Assembly (NCBI RefSeq): GCF_009914755.1
Contig: NC_060938.1
DNA length: 64,000 bases
From: the human T2T-CHM13v2.0 reference genome, Homo sapiens
Reading direction: 5' to 3' (one strand)
A program made the position numbers and the translations under genes. The stretch's first letter is position 1. The number at the start of each line of letters is the position of its first letter. The notes beneath the pieces were generated by a model. That model had not been told where the DNA came from, did not search any database, and saw only the letters and a list, made by a program, of their open reading frames with translations. Positions 63,826-64,000 of the stretch are shown in pieces.

Positions 63826-64000
63826 CAGGAGTCCCCCTTTATCCATGGGGGATACATTCCAGGTCCCCTAGCAGATCCGTGAAACTGTGTATAGTACCAA
63901 ACCTTATATACACTATGTTTTTTCCTATATATACATACCCTTGACAGTTTAATTTATAAATTAGGCACAGTATGATATTAACAACAATAAAATGGAACAA
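63826..64000. mobile_element. MER44/Tigger-type DNA transposon end (runs off window)
   Basis: caggagtccccctttatccatgggggatacattcc terminal motif. Confidence 0.75.

Overview
Hominoid (human/great-ape) genomic DNA, judged from the SVA, HERV-K LTR5, young L1PA and AluY elements. It is mostly nested transposon relics and looks like a subtelomeric/pericentromeric segmental-duplication mosaic. I see no intact protein-coding gene, RNA gene or CRISPR array. The ORF track is almost entirely L1/Alu/ERV/Tigger debris or stop-free low-complexity sequence. Recognisable gene relics are a decayed MRPL57 (MRP63) retrocopy (~32.7-33.5 kb), an orphan KRAB-b exon of a ZNF91-type zinc-finger gene (~39.9 kb, minus), probable 5S-rDNA spacer sequence split by a solo LTR5 (~40.5-42.3 kb), and a D4Z4/DUX4-like unit lacking both homeodomains (~42.4-44.4 kb, minus). 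Most notable unexplained signals: (1) a dense A-to-G cluster in the SVA SINE-R, suggesting an ADAR-edited RNA fixed by retrotransposition, plus a serial 3' transduction inside its TSDs; (2) the headless DUX4 relic with a 52-codon, strong-Kozak micro-ORF covering the DUX4 C-terminal activation helix, upstream of a same-strand LTR5 poly(A) site; (3) two separate ~75-bp tandem amplifications of DNA-transposon ends; (4) a template-switch hairpin inside Tigger1. I cannot demonstrate a new functional biological system from sequence alone. Subfamily names and paralog assignments come from recalled consensus sequences and need RepeatMasker/BLAT confirmation.
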